From the NCBI RefSeq assembly GCF_964355755.1, contig NC_092670.1, positions 23,794,795-23,858,794 on the forward strand: a stretch of DNA of 64,000 bases, written 5' to 3'. How positions within the stretch are numbered: position 1 is the first letter of the stretch; the number at the start of each line of letters is the position of its first letter. Positions 39,656 through 52,486 of this stretch are shown here, in pieces. A program made the position numbers and the translations under genes. The notes beneath the pieces were generated by a model that saw only the letters and a list, made by a program, of their open reading frames with translations, was not told the origin of the DNA and searched no databases. This DNA is from Antedon mediterranea (Eukaryota > Animalia > Echinodermata).

Positions 39656-40300
39656 CAGTCGACTCCGCCTAAGTCGAATTCGCGTAAGTCAAAAAATCGC
39701 GAAAGTCGAATTTTTAGGAAAGTCCCAATTCTTTCCTATACATTACTGTGTAATTTTCTAAGTCGAAATTCGTCTAAGTCGACGTCTTTTTGCGGTCCGA
39801 ATACACACATTCTTTAGTGATTTATATCATATAAGTCAAAGTCACAAATTACGTGGCAACAACGCGTTAAAAAAGCCGATGAAACGTACGTAATTCGATA
39901 AACAAACAACAGAGGAGATAGTGGGACCATATCGGTTCTCTCAAGCAGGTTGTATAGTATAGGCGGCGTCCTACAACTCGCGCTAGTATATAGTGTATGA
40001 GTTGTTTCAGAGTTGAGAACTTGAGCGGCGTTTTGTGGGTACCTGTTTTGTGCTAGACAGATGGCAATAAACAATGGATACCGATTTCGAATAAGAACCG
40101 AAATGTATTTATTATACGTTTTTGTATTGTTTCGGAAAAATACAGTTTATCATTGCCGATAAAGAGGCTTAGCATTTATTAGGCCTAGCTAGCTAGCTAA
40201 GCAAATTCAATTCAAGAAGGCTCATCGCGTGGGCCGCGATCGCGACAGGGCAGGGTCCACTAGGCCTAGTCATAGAGATTTGTCCTATGAGATTTGTCTT
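39656..40300. mobile_element. Truncated Tc1/mariner-type element end
   Basis: TA|CAGTCGACTCCGCCTAAGTCGAA... with repeated TAAGTCGAA subterminal motifs and a CpG-rich body. No matching right TIR, right boundary approximate. Confidence 0.5.
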
Positions 40301-40983
40301 AAAGGCCAGGTGCAAAAAAAATTTCTATTGATCATACATTCTAATAATTATCGATCTATAGTTTCCCCTATGTTTCATAATTTTTGGGATTTTATTTGTG
40401 TTACACGAGCTTGTTGAAAATTAGAACTTTCTTATCAGATAGTTCAAATTACACAGTAAAATCTCTATTCTTTTGTACACAAATTTTGAAAATAGAGAGG
40501 TATTTTAAAAAACTATGAAAAATAAACGGTGTGGTAAAAAATGTTATCAGATGACTAAATATATAGGTAATTTAACTTGAATTTTACATTTCTGGTATTT
40601 TTATTTAACTTCAGAATTTTATTTTCATGCTATAGCAAAAATTATCCACCGTATATCCACCATCTTTTTTCACTATCTAGGGAGTCACCAGACATGTTAT
40701 TACATTATGTTAACTACCCAACTATTGAAAAAAAGTCTTCCTGGTTTTTTTGGCAGAATTTTGCCAAATTTTGTATTTGACCATATTAGGGGGAATTCAT
40801 GGTTTTTCGTCTTAATTTCTGTTACAAATATTTATGTTTAGGTACAATTAACCAGATATTATATTTAAAATTAATGCCTGTACCTGAGCTTTAAGTGGTA
40901 AAAATTACTCTGATTTTATAGTGTCCTTTCGCATCTTATAGGATCCTATATGTCAGGGTTAATTTAAATTTCTGAACTACTAT

Positions 40984-41386
40984 TGTAACGGTGGAATTTT
41001 AGTGTATCCGTTACGATATCATATAGTCTCAGCGGCAGGATTTCACACAGTCACAAAATGTACCAACAGCAAATATGGTTTATGGTCAGATACAGTTTTA
41101 TTTAAATATGCAATGTAATACAGTCTGTTCTGGCTATATTACATACCTTTTCTTCTCTCTATTATAAATGTTTTATTCTACCAAGCTCTTTTCCTTCTCT
41201 TCTCTCCTCTTACCAGTGCATCCATATTTTAAGGAACGGTCCTAATTAATATGCATGTACTGGGAGGGGACTATTTAGTAAAGGGAACATTCCATGATGA
41301 TGGGAAGAAACCACTAGGAATGTTAATAGATGGAGTAGGGAGAAATAGTGAAAAAGGGTTGTTGACCTGATGGTCAGAGTGTTACA
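40984..41386. mobile_element. Solo LTR (403 bp), Gypsy-like
   Basis: TGTAAC...GTTACA termini with an exact 4-bp TSD CTAT (40980-40983, 41387-41390). AATAAA motifs on the minus strand. Confidence 0.78.
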
Positions 41387-41492
41387 CTATTGTGAGTAGT
41401 AGAAGCTCAACCAACTAATGTAATTAGTAATTGTAAATCAATATAAACACACAACATATATACACTAATTATATATCGTGTTTTGAAATATT

Positions 41493-41996
41493 AGGGAGGT
41501 TTCGCAATCTTACGAATACGATAACGAAAACGGATACGTCACGCACACGTATTCGTTTTTACGTAAGCCATAAAAAATCTGTTTCGCATGGCAACGAAAT
41601 ATTCAGGCGCGTTCAAAGTATGACTGCGGTAAATTTGAGCGAAGCGCAGGTACGTGTTGCTTGGTGCTTGGCTGCCTAGGCCTAGCGTAACATCGAGTGA
41701 GGACTTTAAAAACTGCTATTTATGAAAATTGACATGGCATTTTAGTAAATTACTTTAGTAAATTACTTTAAATAAAAGTATAATTATATTATAATCATGA
41801 ATCATTCCTGATTCAATTGCAAAATGTGCAAAATAGATCAAAAACTATACTTGTTTTGTAGTTACGAATATGACTGGTGATATTCGTCAACACGAATACG
41901 CTTTACGAATATGAAATGGGGATCAGCTCAAAAGTTTCACAAATGTGTGACGTATCCGTTTTCGTTATCGTATTCGTAAGGTTGCGAAACCTCCCT
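41493..41996. mobile_element. MITE family X, copy 2 (most complete)
   Basis: Same TIRs and body as 26105-26590, same orientation. Confidence 0.9.
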
Positions 41997-42417
41997 AATG
42001 TTTTTTTTATAAATCAAATTTGATTCAAAATAATATCATGGTACAGTTCAGATCAGATAGTTTCATCCAAGTGATGCAAACATATTATGTATTTATTCTT
42101 AAGAGAATTGGGATTGAAGTGATACTGATATGTATAATAAATATTATTGCGACTGTCTATTTGTCATAATACTGTCTCACTGGATATCCATATTATGACA
42201 ATTTTCTAACAATATTGTTTTGCAAATTATGAAGAAAATATAACTATAGTAAACTTATTATACTCATATTATAATACACAGTTCTCAAACACTTTGCGTC
42301 CAAATGCTTTCAAATTATGCGATAAATTATGTGAAAGTTAATATATGTTTTTATATCCATTTGTAAGTGATATCCTTTCATTTCTATTGCCAATATAAAA
42401 TACACTCATATGGTCAC

Positions 42418-42906
42418 TAAGAAACATAAGTATTAAGGGATTTTAATGAATTATTTAAACCATTTCTTATTTAATTTTTATTCCACAAATTCATGAGGTG
42501 TAATTTTCGGCATATTCAGATTTATTGGTGAGACTATCAAACACATTAGATTTGCATGAGAAATTATCGACGGGAGGAGTGGAAAACAACCAGTATGCAC
42601 AAAAAGATATTAAACACTGCATGATAAAGGATGGTCATTAACCCATCATAGACAACGTCTATGTTAAGAAACATAAGTATTAAGGGATTTTAATGAATTA
42701 TTTAAACCATTTCTTATTTAATTTTTATTCCACAAGTTCATGAGGTGTAATTTTCGGCATATTCAGATTTATTGGTGAGACTATCAAACACATTGGATTT
42801 GCATGAGAAATTATCGACGGGAGGAGTGGAAAACAACCAGTATGCACAAAAAGATATTAAACACTGCATGATAAAGGATGGTCATTAACCCATCATAGAC
42901 AACGTC
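42418..42906. repeat. Recent 247-bp tandem duplication
   Basis: TAAGAAACATAAG...GACAACGTC at 42418-42659 and 42665-42906, with only ~2 visible substitutions. Confidence 0.92.
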
Positions 42907-43513
42907 CTGCTTGACGGCATTTCTTCATCTTCACTCATTTAGATATCATTACGATTATGAACATATTTAGGACTTATTATGTATTACAAGAATAATTATA
43001 TATGATTTCAAATGCATTCTGATATCCGCACATTTTAGGACAGATAGAGTAAAGATGTCCTTTTTAGTATTACTATAGTTAGTTCAGTAACCCAAATTTC
43101 AGAGCAGTCGTAACCTGAGAGATGGATTGATCCGTTCCAATTCATTTTATCTCTGTGTTTAAGATACGATGATTCAGTGGATTTACAACAGTTTTGCTAA
43201 AGCTAAACTCCAACTCGCATATTCAACAACCATTAAATAAACATGCAAAACACGTCATTACAGTTGATGGAGATCTATTTCGCTCGTTCTATGCCATCAA
43301 ATACCGCCAACATGTCAAGTTTCAGTTCAGTAAAGGTATTGCCAACGGATGATAAAGGATAGGCTAAAGAGATTTGTTTGTATTTTGTTGCTCTAAAATA
43401 CAAACAAACAAACCAATTATATGAGCAAATTTATCATTATTAACTCTCCGATTTTCAGTGGATGAAGTAACAATAATCACAGTTAAACTTTGTTATAAAC
43501 AAAACCTGATAAA

Positions 43514-43840
43514 AACAAGCACGAATGTGCAATACTCGGGGTACAGCAAAGAAGCTGTAATGATGTCATAAGACGGGATGTGACGTCACATACACATCAA
43601 TAACCTCGCTACCAAATACGGCTATATCAGAACCATCTTCGAGACGTCATATGGCTGCATCCGGTTTGAAATTAAAAAATCCGGCTCTATAGCTTTGAGG
43701 ACATGTCTCTGTAGTATATTCATGCCAAATCCCATCTCAATAAGGGAGGAGTAGTACTTTATAAATAGCACTTTTTACTCAATAGTGTCGGATGGAAGAG
43801 GAGAAGATGAGAGAGTCTTAGACTCGGGTACCCCGAGTAA
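43514..43840 (-). mobile_element. Short Helentron-type (HINE) element, family D, no tRNA cargo
   Basis: Minus strand reads TT-ACTCGGGGTACCCGAGT hairpin ... TACCCCGAGT subTIR + GCAC-attc-GTGC stem-loop + TTGTT. Homologous to both ends of 45930-47327. Confidence 0.8.
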
Positions 43841-43999
43841 CAATAATATATAAACGACATAATGGCAGGTGTGTACGTGTGTGGGATATTAATTATAGAA
43901 TTTTTTATTTATTATTTTATTTCAATGAAGATTCCGAGGCAACAGGTGAAGCACATCTGCAATTAACATTTAGTCACAATCTAGTGGCCATCTGTAAAG

Positions 44000-44166
44000 A
44001 GGGTGTTCACATGGAGTGTGTTCACATGGAGTGTGTTCACATGGAGTGTGTTCACATGGAGTGTGTTCACATGGAGTGTGTTCACATGGAGTGTGTTCAC
44101 ATGGAATGTGTTCACATGGAGTGTGTTCACATGGAGGGTGTTCACATGGAGGGTGTCCACATGGAA
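44000..44166. repeat. 15-bp minisatellite (GAGTGTGTTCACATG)x11
   Basis: Nearly perfect tandem copies. The stop-free unit creates the VHMEC/CSHGV/PCEHT ORFs. Confidence 0.95.
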
Positions 44167-45185
44167 TGACTGGATTTAAACCAACCTGGGACAGGTATTT
44201 ACTATGCAAAATGTAATACAGGTGTATTAAGATAAGATTACTGGACCCAACCCTTATAACATTATATTTTTCTCAGGACTATATTTTCCCGAAGTGCATA
44301 GCTGAGAGCAGATAAAAGCAGTCAATATCTTTTATATTACTACAGGCCTAGACCTCATACCTTTAGCGAAGAATGAACTAGCCTAGGCTCAGACTACTTC
44401 ACTTAGGCTTCTTGGTTTTAAACTTCACAGACAGCAAGGTTTACTTGCGCAACAAGGATCCAATCCAAAGATGACAGCATCGGTCAGTTATCAATTATAA
44501 CCCACCAATCGTTCCGCTATAATTATTTTGGAATGGTAGTCATGTGATGTCATTTTGACCAATCACGTTTTAGTATTTACATAGGCCATGTAATATTATT
44601 AAACTACACTATATTAATAAACCATTGTATTACATCTTGTCTTATTATATAATCAGCCCGATATCATAATAGTAAAATAAGTTGGTATGTTGCCACTGAA
44701 TCTTTTGGGAAATTCCCTGTTTATTTGTTACAGTAGATTTTCTTTAGTGTAAAACTACTAATAAACAATTTCCATTATATATATATTTAACAATTGTGTT
44801 TATATTTTGTGTTAGATTTTCAATTTCCTTTTTAAGTTTTATACTTTACAAAATGCTTTATAAATAATTGCATTTAACAGGTTAAAACAAAAAGAATACT
44901 TTTGACATGGTCCCTGGATTTTACTTCTTGGATAATCAAATTTTAGTTATTATAATAAATCATCATAATTCAAAATATTACCTTTAATTAAGGTTAATCA
45001 ATTCTCCTAGGTCAATCTAATATCTACAGTAACAATTAATTACTAGTACCATGCCATATTTATTATATTAATAAATTATAGCTGAAGGGGATATTTATTA
45101 AAGTTTATATAGCTGATGGTCAATTGAATCGTACAATTACATACCTACAGTTGTTTCATCGTTGTTTGTAATATACAAACTTGTG

Positions 45186-45659
45186 ATGGTACTCGAGTTC
45201 TTAGGAGATGACTATGCATTTCACGAGTCTCAGCCTGCGCCGTCATCTAGACGTGTTTCTATGTGCGGCCTGCTCACACCGCTGAAGAAGGCCAACACAT
45301 GCTCAGTAGTGTCTCTTGACCCGGAGCAAATAGAACGGGTCAACCTTCTCGCTAAGGAGGCAAAAATTCCTAATCCTGCGCCGTTCGTTCTTGGAGCGGC
45401 TTTTCCAGTGAGTGATCATTTTGAACGTTATGGTACGGCACCTGCCATTCCGGACGGCGCTAAGATACGGGTCCGCGAAGACCAAGGCTTAGACGGGAGT
45501 AAGAAAAGTTTTCTTAATGCAGCTAGTTCCAGGTCGGAGGAGTTTCTGTCAACAGAGCGGCACGCGAGACAATCAGAGCAACATCTATGGCTGGATATCT
45601 TCTTTCCTTTTCGGAAGGAAGACAAATTGGTGCGGAAGAGGGAATCTTTGTTTCTTTGA
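45186..45659 (+). other. GC-rich orphan ORF (157 aa from ATG 45186), possibly a retroelement (DIRS-type Gag) or viral fragment
   Basis: Longest non-repetitive ORF in the window, visibly GC/CpG-rich against AT-rich flanks, antisense to PKC. Only a weak by-eye resemblance to known proteins. Confidence 0.35.
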
Positions 45660-46199
45660 TAACAGAATTAACAATCTTATTCGGTTGCAACCATTTATTC
45701 AAGTTATGCAGAATGATATTAAATTAATTTCAGTTCTGTCTATTTTGCCATGATGTTAAACAGTTACCTTGTTTATTACGGTATTTATGAAAAGAGTTAA
45801 ACAAACATAAAAGGTGCCTGGGATATTTAATTGGCATTTTATACACTTTTGGCAAGTCTGAGATATTAAGAAAAATATTATATAGGCCTCAACAGCATGC
45901 TTACAAACATTGTTATATACTTCTTGTTTTTACTCGGGGTACCCGAGTCTAGTACTTACTCATTTTCTCCTTCTCTTCCTCCATCTGGACACTATTGAGT
46001 AAAAAGTGCGATTTTTAAAGTACTACTCCTCCCTTATTCGTTATAGTATTGAGCTGGGATTTGGCATGAATATACTACAGGGACATGTCCTCAAAGCTAT
46101 AGAGCCGGATTTTTAATTTGTTGTTAATTAATTTGTTTAATTAAGAAGCCGCAATGTGTGACACACACCACAGCGTTATGTAGTTATATGGTTATATGC

Positions 46200-46272
46200 G
46201 GCTTCTTGGCGTAGTGGTTATCACGTTTGCTTAACACGCAGAAGGTACCTGGTTCGAGCCCGGACGAAACCT
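46200..46272 (+). pseudogene. tRNA-Val(AAC)-like pseudogene copy 1
   Basis: TGGCGTAGTGGTTATCAC (A box), TTTGC-TTAACAC-GCAGA, GGTTCGAGCC (B box), T-run terminator. Acceptor stem mismatched. Confidence 0.75.
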
Positions 46273-46622
46273 TTTTTTTTTAAACTTTATGGTGAAAAGT
46301 ACTGTATACGCAATATGATAATTATACAGAGTATATTTTATTTTTATTATTTTTACTCGGGGTACCCGAGTCTAGTACTTACTCATTTTCTCCTTCTCTT
46401 CCTCCATCTGGACACTATTGAGTAAAAAGTGCGATTTTTAATGTACTACTCCTCCCTTATTCGTTATAGTATTGAGCTGGGATTTGGCATGAACATACTA
46501 CAGGGACATGTCCTCAAAGCTATAGAGCCGGATTTTTAATTTTTTGTTAATTAATTTGTTTAATTAAGAAGCCACAATGTGTGACACACACCACAGCGTT
46601 ATGTAGTTATATGGTTATATGC

Positions 46623-46680
46623 GGATTCTTGGCGTTTGCTTAACACGCAGAAGGTACCTGGTTCGAGCCCGGACGAAACC
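46623..46680 (+). pseudogene. tRNA-Val(AAC)-like pseudogene copy 2 (D-arm deleted)
   Basis: As copy 1 but lacking ~14 nt spanning the D-loop. Confidence 0.7.
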
Positions 46681-46892
46681 TTTTTTTTTAACTTTATGGT
46701 GAAAAGTACTGTATACGCAATATGATAATTATACAGAGTATATTTTATTTTTATTATTTTTTAAAATACTTATTTTGTGTAATCGGTAATTATCACTTTT
46801 ACACATGTTTATTTTGCTTTGTGCTTATTACCATTTATTTGTAATTTAAATGGATTAAAAAACTTTCTGTAACCCACATTTTTAATGTAAGA

Positions 46893-46964
46893 GGTTTCGT
46901 AGTGTAGTGGTTGTCAAGTCTGCTTAACACGCAGAAGGTACCGGTTCGAGCCCGGACGAAACCT
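46893..46964 (+). tRNA. tRNA-Val(AAC)-like copy 3 (probably a pseudogene)
   Basis: Acceptor GGTTTCG/CGAAACC, anticodon arm TCTGC-TTAACAC-GCAGA, T-arm CCGG-TTCGAGC-CCGG, then oligo-T. D-stem mismatch (GTG/CAA). Confidence 0.65.
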
Positions 46965-47175
46965 TTTTTTTAAACTTTATGGTGAAAAGTACTGTATTCG
47001 CAATATGATAATTATACAGAGTATATCTTATTTTTATTATTTTTTTAAATACTTATTTTGTGTAATCGGTAATTATCACTTTTACACATGTTTATTTTGC
47101 TTTGTGCTTATTACCATTTATTTGTAATTTAAATGGATTAAAAAACTTTCTGTAACCCACATTTTTAATGTAAGA

Positions 47176-47247
47176 GGTTTCGTAGTGTAGTGGTTGTCAA
47201 GTCTGCTTAACACGCAGAAGGTCCCGGTTCGAGCCCTGGCGAAACCT
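47176..47247 (+). tRNA. tRNA-Val(AAC)-like copy 4 (probably a pseudogene)
   Basis: Perfect acceptor and anticodon stems, recognisable A and B boxes. One T-stem and one D-stem mismatch. Confidence 0.65.
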
Positions 47248-49313
47248 ATTTTCTTTACTTTCTAACTGTATACGTCTGTATACAGCTTCTTTCGCTGTAC
47301 CCCGAGTATTGCACATTCGTGCTTGTTAAATCTATGAATATAATAGTTTTTTAAAATGCGTTTTTTTTTTCTTTTCTTTTTTAATGGAGGCCATGGGTGT
47401 ATGTATTAGAAACATGTTTTTTTTTAAAAGCAGGGAAATAAATGTTCAACAGAAACAATATACATTAGGAAAACCTGTATGCATATCATATCTCACTAGG
47501 GACTAAACAACGATCATTAATATTTATGAAAATACTATGTGGTAATTTATCATAAGACCAGATGAAAAAACAGCATTCATATGCAACTATGGTTTGCATT
47601 TGAATTGAAGGCTGCAAATGCTAATGATTACTAAATAGCAAAAGAGCAATTGTTTTGCTGGTCACCAACTCGGTAAAGATTTTTTCTTTATAGTATGTGA
47701 ATCAGATAGGACACCCCTATTAAGGGGACAGTGTGTTAGGTTGTAAAGGTTTCCTTTAATAGGGATTCTACTGTACTGTTTTAACGTCTATCTCCTCTGT
47801 TAAACTCTTAAATCTTTTGTACTCATTTCGCTACCACGTCCAGACTGCTGGTTTTGTTCTTTAATCATTTGCATGCATTGCATGTTTCGAAATTCATTAA
47901 CGAATATGAAGTGACAGATAATAGAGTCTAATATGTTTTTAGCATAGATGAATACACTGTCAATTATTTACTGTTTTTGCAAGGAATATTCTGTTTGAAA
48001 TAATTATTTAATCAAAACATTTGCAATTAATGTTTTAGTTGCATCAATACAGCAAAAGCAATACAAACAATATGTAAGCCTAGCCAGATGTTTTATTGGA
48101 TAGCAATTGGAAAACTAACCAACCAACTTCAAGCAAGCTTAAGAAACTAAACAATTTCAGAGTGTCAGAAATACCTTTGGGACACCTTACAATGATTGGG
48201 GGGGGGGGGGGGGGCGGGGGTGGAAATATATTGTTTCACATAGTAAACTTTAGTTTACCGAAATGCGGCTAGTAAATTGTAAATCTATGTACTGTACTAT
48301 CAAGATGTTGAGGAAATTGAACCTTTTGTGGAAAATGAGAGATTACTCAAAATAGACTGAAAGATGTACTAAAGCAAGCATGAAAATGTTATTAAAAGAG
48401 AAAAATATCACCAGGAGTTTCAGTCAATTAAGTATTTGAATAAAGATGCGTTACACTAGATGGAAGAAACTCGCTTAAGTGAGACCTCACACTGTGATAT
48501 AATCGATGTATGCGCCAGTCATCATTGTACATGCAGCTAAATATGTAGCCCGAAGATTAAGGTCTTAAAAGTCTGAATCTAAGCTAAAGGAAGAGTAATA
48601 TTAGGACTTAAATCTTTACTAATGGTTGGATGTAATTTACTTGATGTTATTTACGCTACAGGCGAAATCACCATCCATACACAAAAGGATGTAGAGTTGA
48701 TTTATAGGATTGAAGTAAGCTTGCGTTTTATATAGCCATGTATTCAAACCTACATATATTATAATTAGTATTGTTTACTATAATCACCTGCTGGTTGGTA
48801 AACATTGAAACATTTTAAATAATCAATGACAATTACCATGCTAACAGTACACGAGAACAACAGCTTAATTTATTAAAACTGGTATGTAAATAACCAAATC
48901 CCGATTTAAAAAAAAAAGAAATCATTGTTGGTGGTGGTTTTTTTCTACAAGTTTATCCTTTTTTAATGACAGTGGGTGGAACAGGATTTTGAAACATTAA
49001 AACTAAGTACTGAACTTATCTGATGTAAAAAACGAAAAATCAATGTGCAGATTGCTATAACCATATATTCTCAGGTAATCCCACTTCAGGTCTAATCCCA
49101 GCCACTCAGTTATTTCACAAACAGGAATATCTCCGGTATAGTCTCAGTATTGAAATTTGATCTTATCTGGATGTAGTCTTCTCTCTAACCAGTTCAGATG
49201 ATGGATATATCAGAGAATATACGGCAATATTGATGGTAGTAATTATGCTGATTTTGAATTATAGTTACAACATTTTTTGGGAGTCAAAGTTTGACTGTTG
49301 TCAAAATAACAAT

Positions 49314-49752
49314 AGGGAGGTTTCGCAATCTTACGAATACAATAAAGAAAACGAATATGTCACGCACACGTATTCGTTTTTCGTAAGCCAGTAAAAATCT
49401 GTTTCGCATGGCGCCGGTACGTGTTGCTTGGTGCTTGGCTGCCTAGGCCTAGCGTAACATCAAAGCGAGTGAGGACTTTAAAAACTGCTATTTATCAAAA
49501 TTAACTGGCATTTTAGTAAATTACTTTAGTAAATTACTTTCAATAAAAGTATATAATCATGAATCATTTCTGATTCAAATGCAAAATGTGCAAAATAGAT
49601 CAAAAACTATACTCATTTTGTAGTTACGAATATGACTGGTGATATTCGTCAACACGAATACGCTTTACGAATATGAAATGGGGATCAGCTCTAATGTTTC
49701 ACAAATGTGTAACGTATCCGTTATCGTATTCGTAAGGTTGCGAAACCTCCCT
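49314..49752. mobile_element. MITE family X, copy 3 (internal deletion)
   Basis: Same TIRs. About 55 bp missing near 49413 relative to copy 2. Confidence 0.88.
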
Positions 49753-50451
49753 ACTGTCTCAATCTCAATTGCAATTACATTTGCTACATTATCCTTGTAT
49801 ATTCCTTTTAGCTAATTTAATGCCACAGAAAATGAGAATTTCTTTGAACTACACAATTGAAAATGATTTCAGTATCTGATTACCAATGCAATTGTCTTTG
49901 TAAACTATTCCCTACAGAACCTGAATAATAAACTCCTTAGAAAAGGGCAAAATAATTTGTCATGCATGAATGAACACTAGTCACATGGTTTCACAGGTGG
50001 CTGGTTTTAAAATTAGGAATGTTTTCTTTCTGATGATGAATGTATAAACCTCCATGCCAAACACCCAAAAAAACATTTAAACTTATTTTTTTCCTTATTA
50101 TCTTATTCACAAACCACTCCTTATATCTAACAATTTTGAATGTATTTCCGATTTCTGGGTGATTTTTATTAATAAAAGATTTTTCTTCAATAGGACTAAC
50201 CTAGAAATGATCTTTGAATTTTTTTTTTGCACATATCCAAAGGATGAGGTAAAATACAAGGGCTATTGAACCATGTCTTTCACATGCTAGTCCGATATCC
50301 TATACCATGCCGCTCTCTCTATAGTGTATAAGAAATATACAAAGACAGATGAAATCGATGGGTAATAATAAGCTATAACCGATGATCTACTGAGTATTCA
50401 ATACATCACATGATTAATGATACTAGCCCTCTATCTAAATCGCTAAACCAG

Positions 50452-50562
50452 CCATCAGTTAAATTCACAGGTGTTGAATTAAATTCACAGGTGTCCATCA
50501 GTTAAATTCACAGGTGTCCATCAATTAAATTTGCAGGTGTCTATCAGTTAAATTCACAGTAT
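50452..50562. repeat. 23-bp tandem repeat (CCATCAGTTAAATTCACAGGTGT)
   Basis: About 5 copies. Confidence 0.8.
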
Positions 50563-52486
50563 ATCTATTTTAAATATCAGGTGTAAATAGGAATTAACAG
50601 ACGGAATGAGGAATAAATCTGTATGGTGCTAATATTTAACTAAAAAGACAATATGAAAAATTTTAAATTTTTTAAACACCAAATTCATGGAGTCTGATCT
50701 AGTTAATAATTCGAAACAAGCCCTGTAGACAACAATGTTGATTTTCTGCAACAAGTTCATGATGACAGAAACATTATGTCCTGAATTAGTGTTAAAACTA
50801 GGAAAATTATTATATTATTATTAAAATACTTCAGTCCTGACTTAAATTAGATGGTGCAGTTAAAACTTTTCCTACCAATTTAGCATTATGTTGAAAAAGA
50901 AACGAAATTAATATCAACATAATGTTATATTAATATCCATGACATTTATTTACTTTTTATGTTGTTACGTAACTAGAAGAATAGACTATACAAATATCAA
51001 AACAGAAGTGACAGATGACAGATGGACGTTTTAATTCTAATTTTCTAATAACATGTCAATCACAGTCTTACAATAAAACCTGAAGAAAATCAATATGCTT
51101 GTTCACATTAAATTATGACCAGCTGAATCATAGAATCTACATAGGTATACAATAGCTGAAATATATTGTGTGTTTATTTGCAATTAAACTTTGCTGCAAT
51201 GATCTCTTCATGTTTCAGAATGATCTATACACCTCAGTACATACATGTATGGTAAACATTGATTCTTGATAATGTTTTTGTACAGTTTTGTTTTTGATGG
51301 GCTCAAAAATCCATCCTAATCTTCTCCCTTCCTTAAATGTTGAAAAACAAAATGGTAAAACATTAATATAGAAGCATTCAAAGCTTAATTTGTACAGTTA
51401 AGCCTTTGGTCCTCCTACTTCGAAAAAAAATCCTGGATCTGCCACTGGGCCAGAGTTTATATATAATTTGTGGTGTGTGTGGGTTGAAAAATAAGAATTT
51501 AGAAATGCTGTCTTCTCTAGGCTGCTATTCAAAGGAATAATGTGTCTGGGAGTTTTTCTTTAATGAGGAGCGGGGGGATTGAAAATAACATTGTCTTTTT
51601 CATTTGGCCTTAATGGGTTATGTTGAGTTATTGCAATGACCATCTGCTAATTGATACTCATTAAAGACGAGGAGCACATTGATTGAATAATCAAAATACA
51701 TAAAGCTACTAATCAACTGTATCTGCCAATTATATCAATCCAATAAAAAGACAATTAGAAAGCTTTTAACTAATAACACTATTTCATCATATTGTTTAAA
51801 TTCCAATCAAATTGAAGAACTATAATAGTTAATATAGTTTATGTTAAATTTTGAATTTAAACAAACAATAAAGGTTATTTAGACTTAGATTCTCTGAGGT
51901 TTTAAAGATTAAAAACTTAAATTGGCATTTTAGAATTTTGCGTCAATAAACTTAAAATACTTTAGTGTCAAAAGTGTTTATATTCAACATTTCAATAAAT
52001 CAACTGTGGTCTATGAATTATAGGCCTACTGCTTGTTTACATATCAGGAATAAATGATGAATGTATGAGTCAATCACATGACTCAGGGGGAAAAGGCCTA
52101 CAGTACGTTGGTTTATCCAGGTTACAACTTAAAAAGAATACTATATACATTTATAAAGGCACTTATAAAACAAATTCATAAATAATAAAGCTTTATCTTT
52201 TGTCATGTTTAAATACAAATAAAGAATTAGATACAAGTCATAATAGATTTTTAAAAAAAAGAGACTAGATTAGGTATTCATATTTTGTCACATTTTTTGT
52301 ATATAGTTGTAATAATAGGCCTATAAATGTAGTACCACTAAGGTGTGTGTTCAAAATTGCAATTTGTGATTGGAAAATGTTTATTATAAGGTTTGAATTG
52401 TTCTGATCGCATCGTTTTTGTCAACTCTGATGTGAAAATGAAGCCAAACAGAACATTTGTCACAAAATATGGAAATAAGGTAATTA

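Larger units (their letters stand above)
45930..47327 (+). mobile_element. Helentron-type (HINE) family D element with duplicated 5' part and tRNA-Val-containing internal repeats
   Basis: 5' hairpin ACTCGGGGTACCCGAGT at 45932 and again at 46355 (423-bp duplication). 3' TACCCCGAGT + GCACATTCGTGC + TTGTT at 47298-47327. Internal 283-bp tandem unit. Confidence 0.8.

Noticed and set aside
43879-44216. Cys/His-rich repeat ORFs (VHMEC, CSHGV, PCEHT) suggesting a metal-binding protein
   Set aside because: Product of a stop-free 15-bp tandem repeat, open on both strands, with no supporting splice or start context.
45139-45700. GC-rich island as an alternative first PKC exon using the minus-strand donor AG|GTATGT near 45144
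   Set aside because: The phase-0 frame ends in TAG at the junction and all minus frames contain stops.
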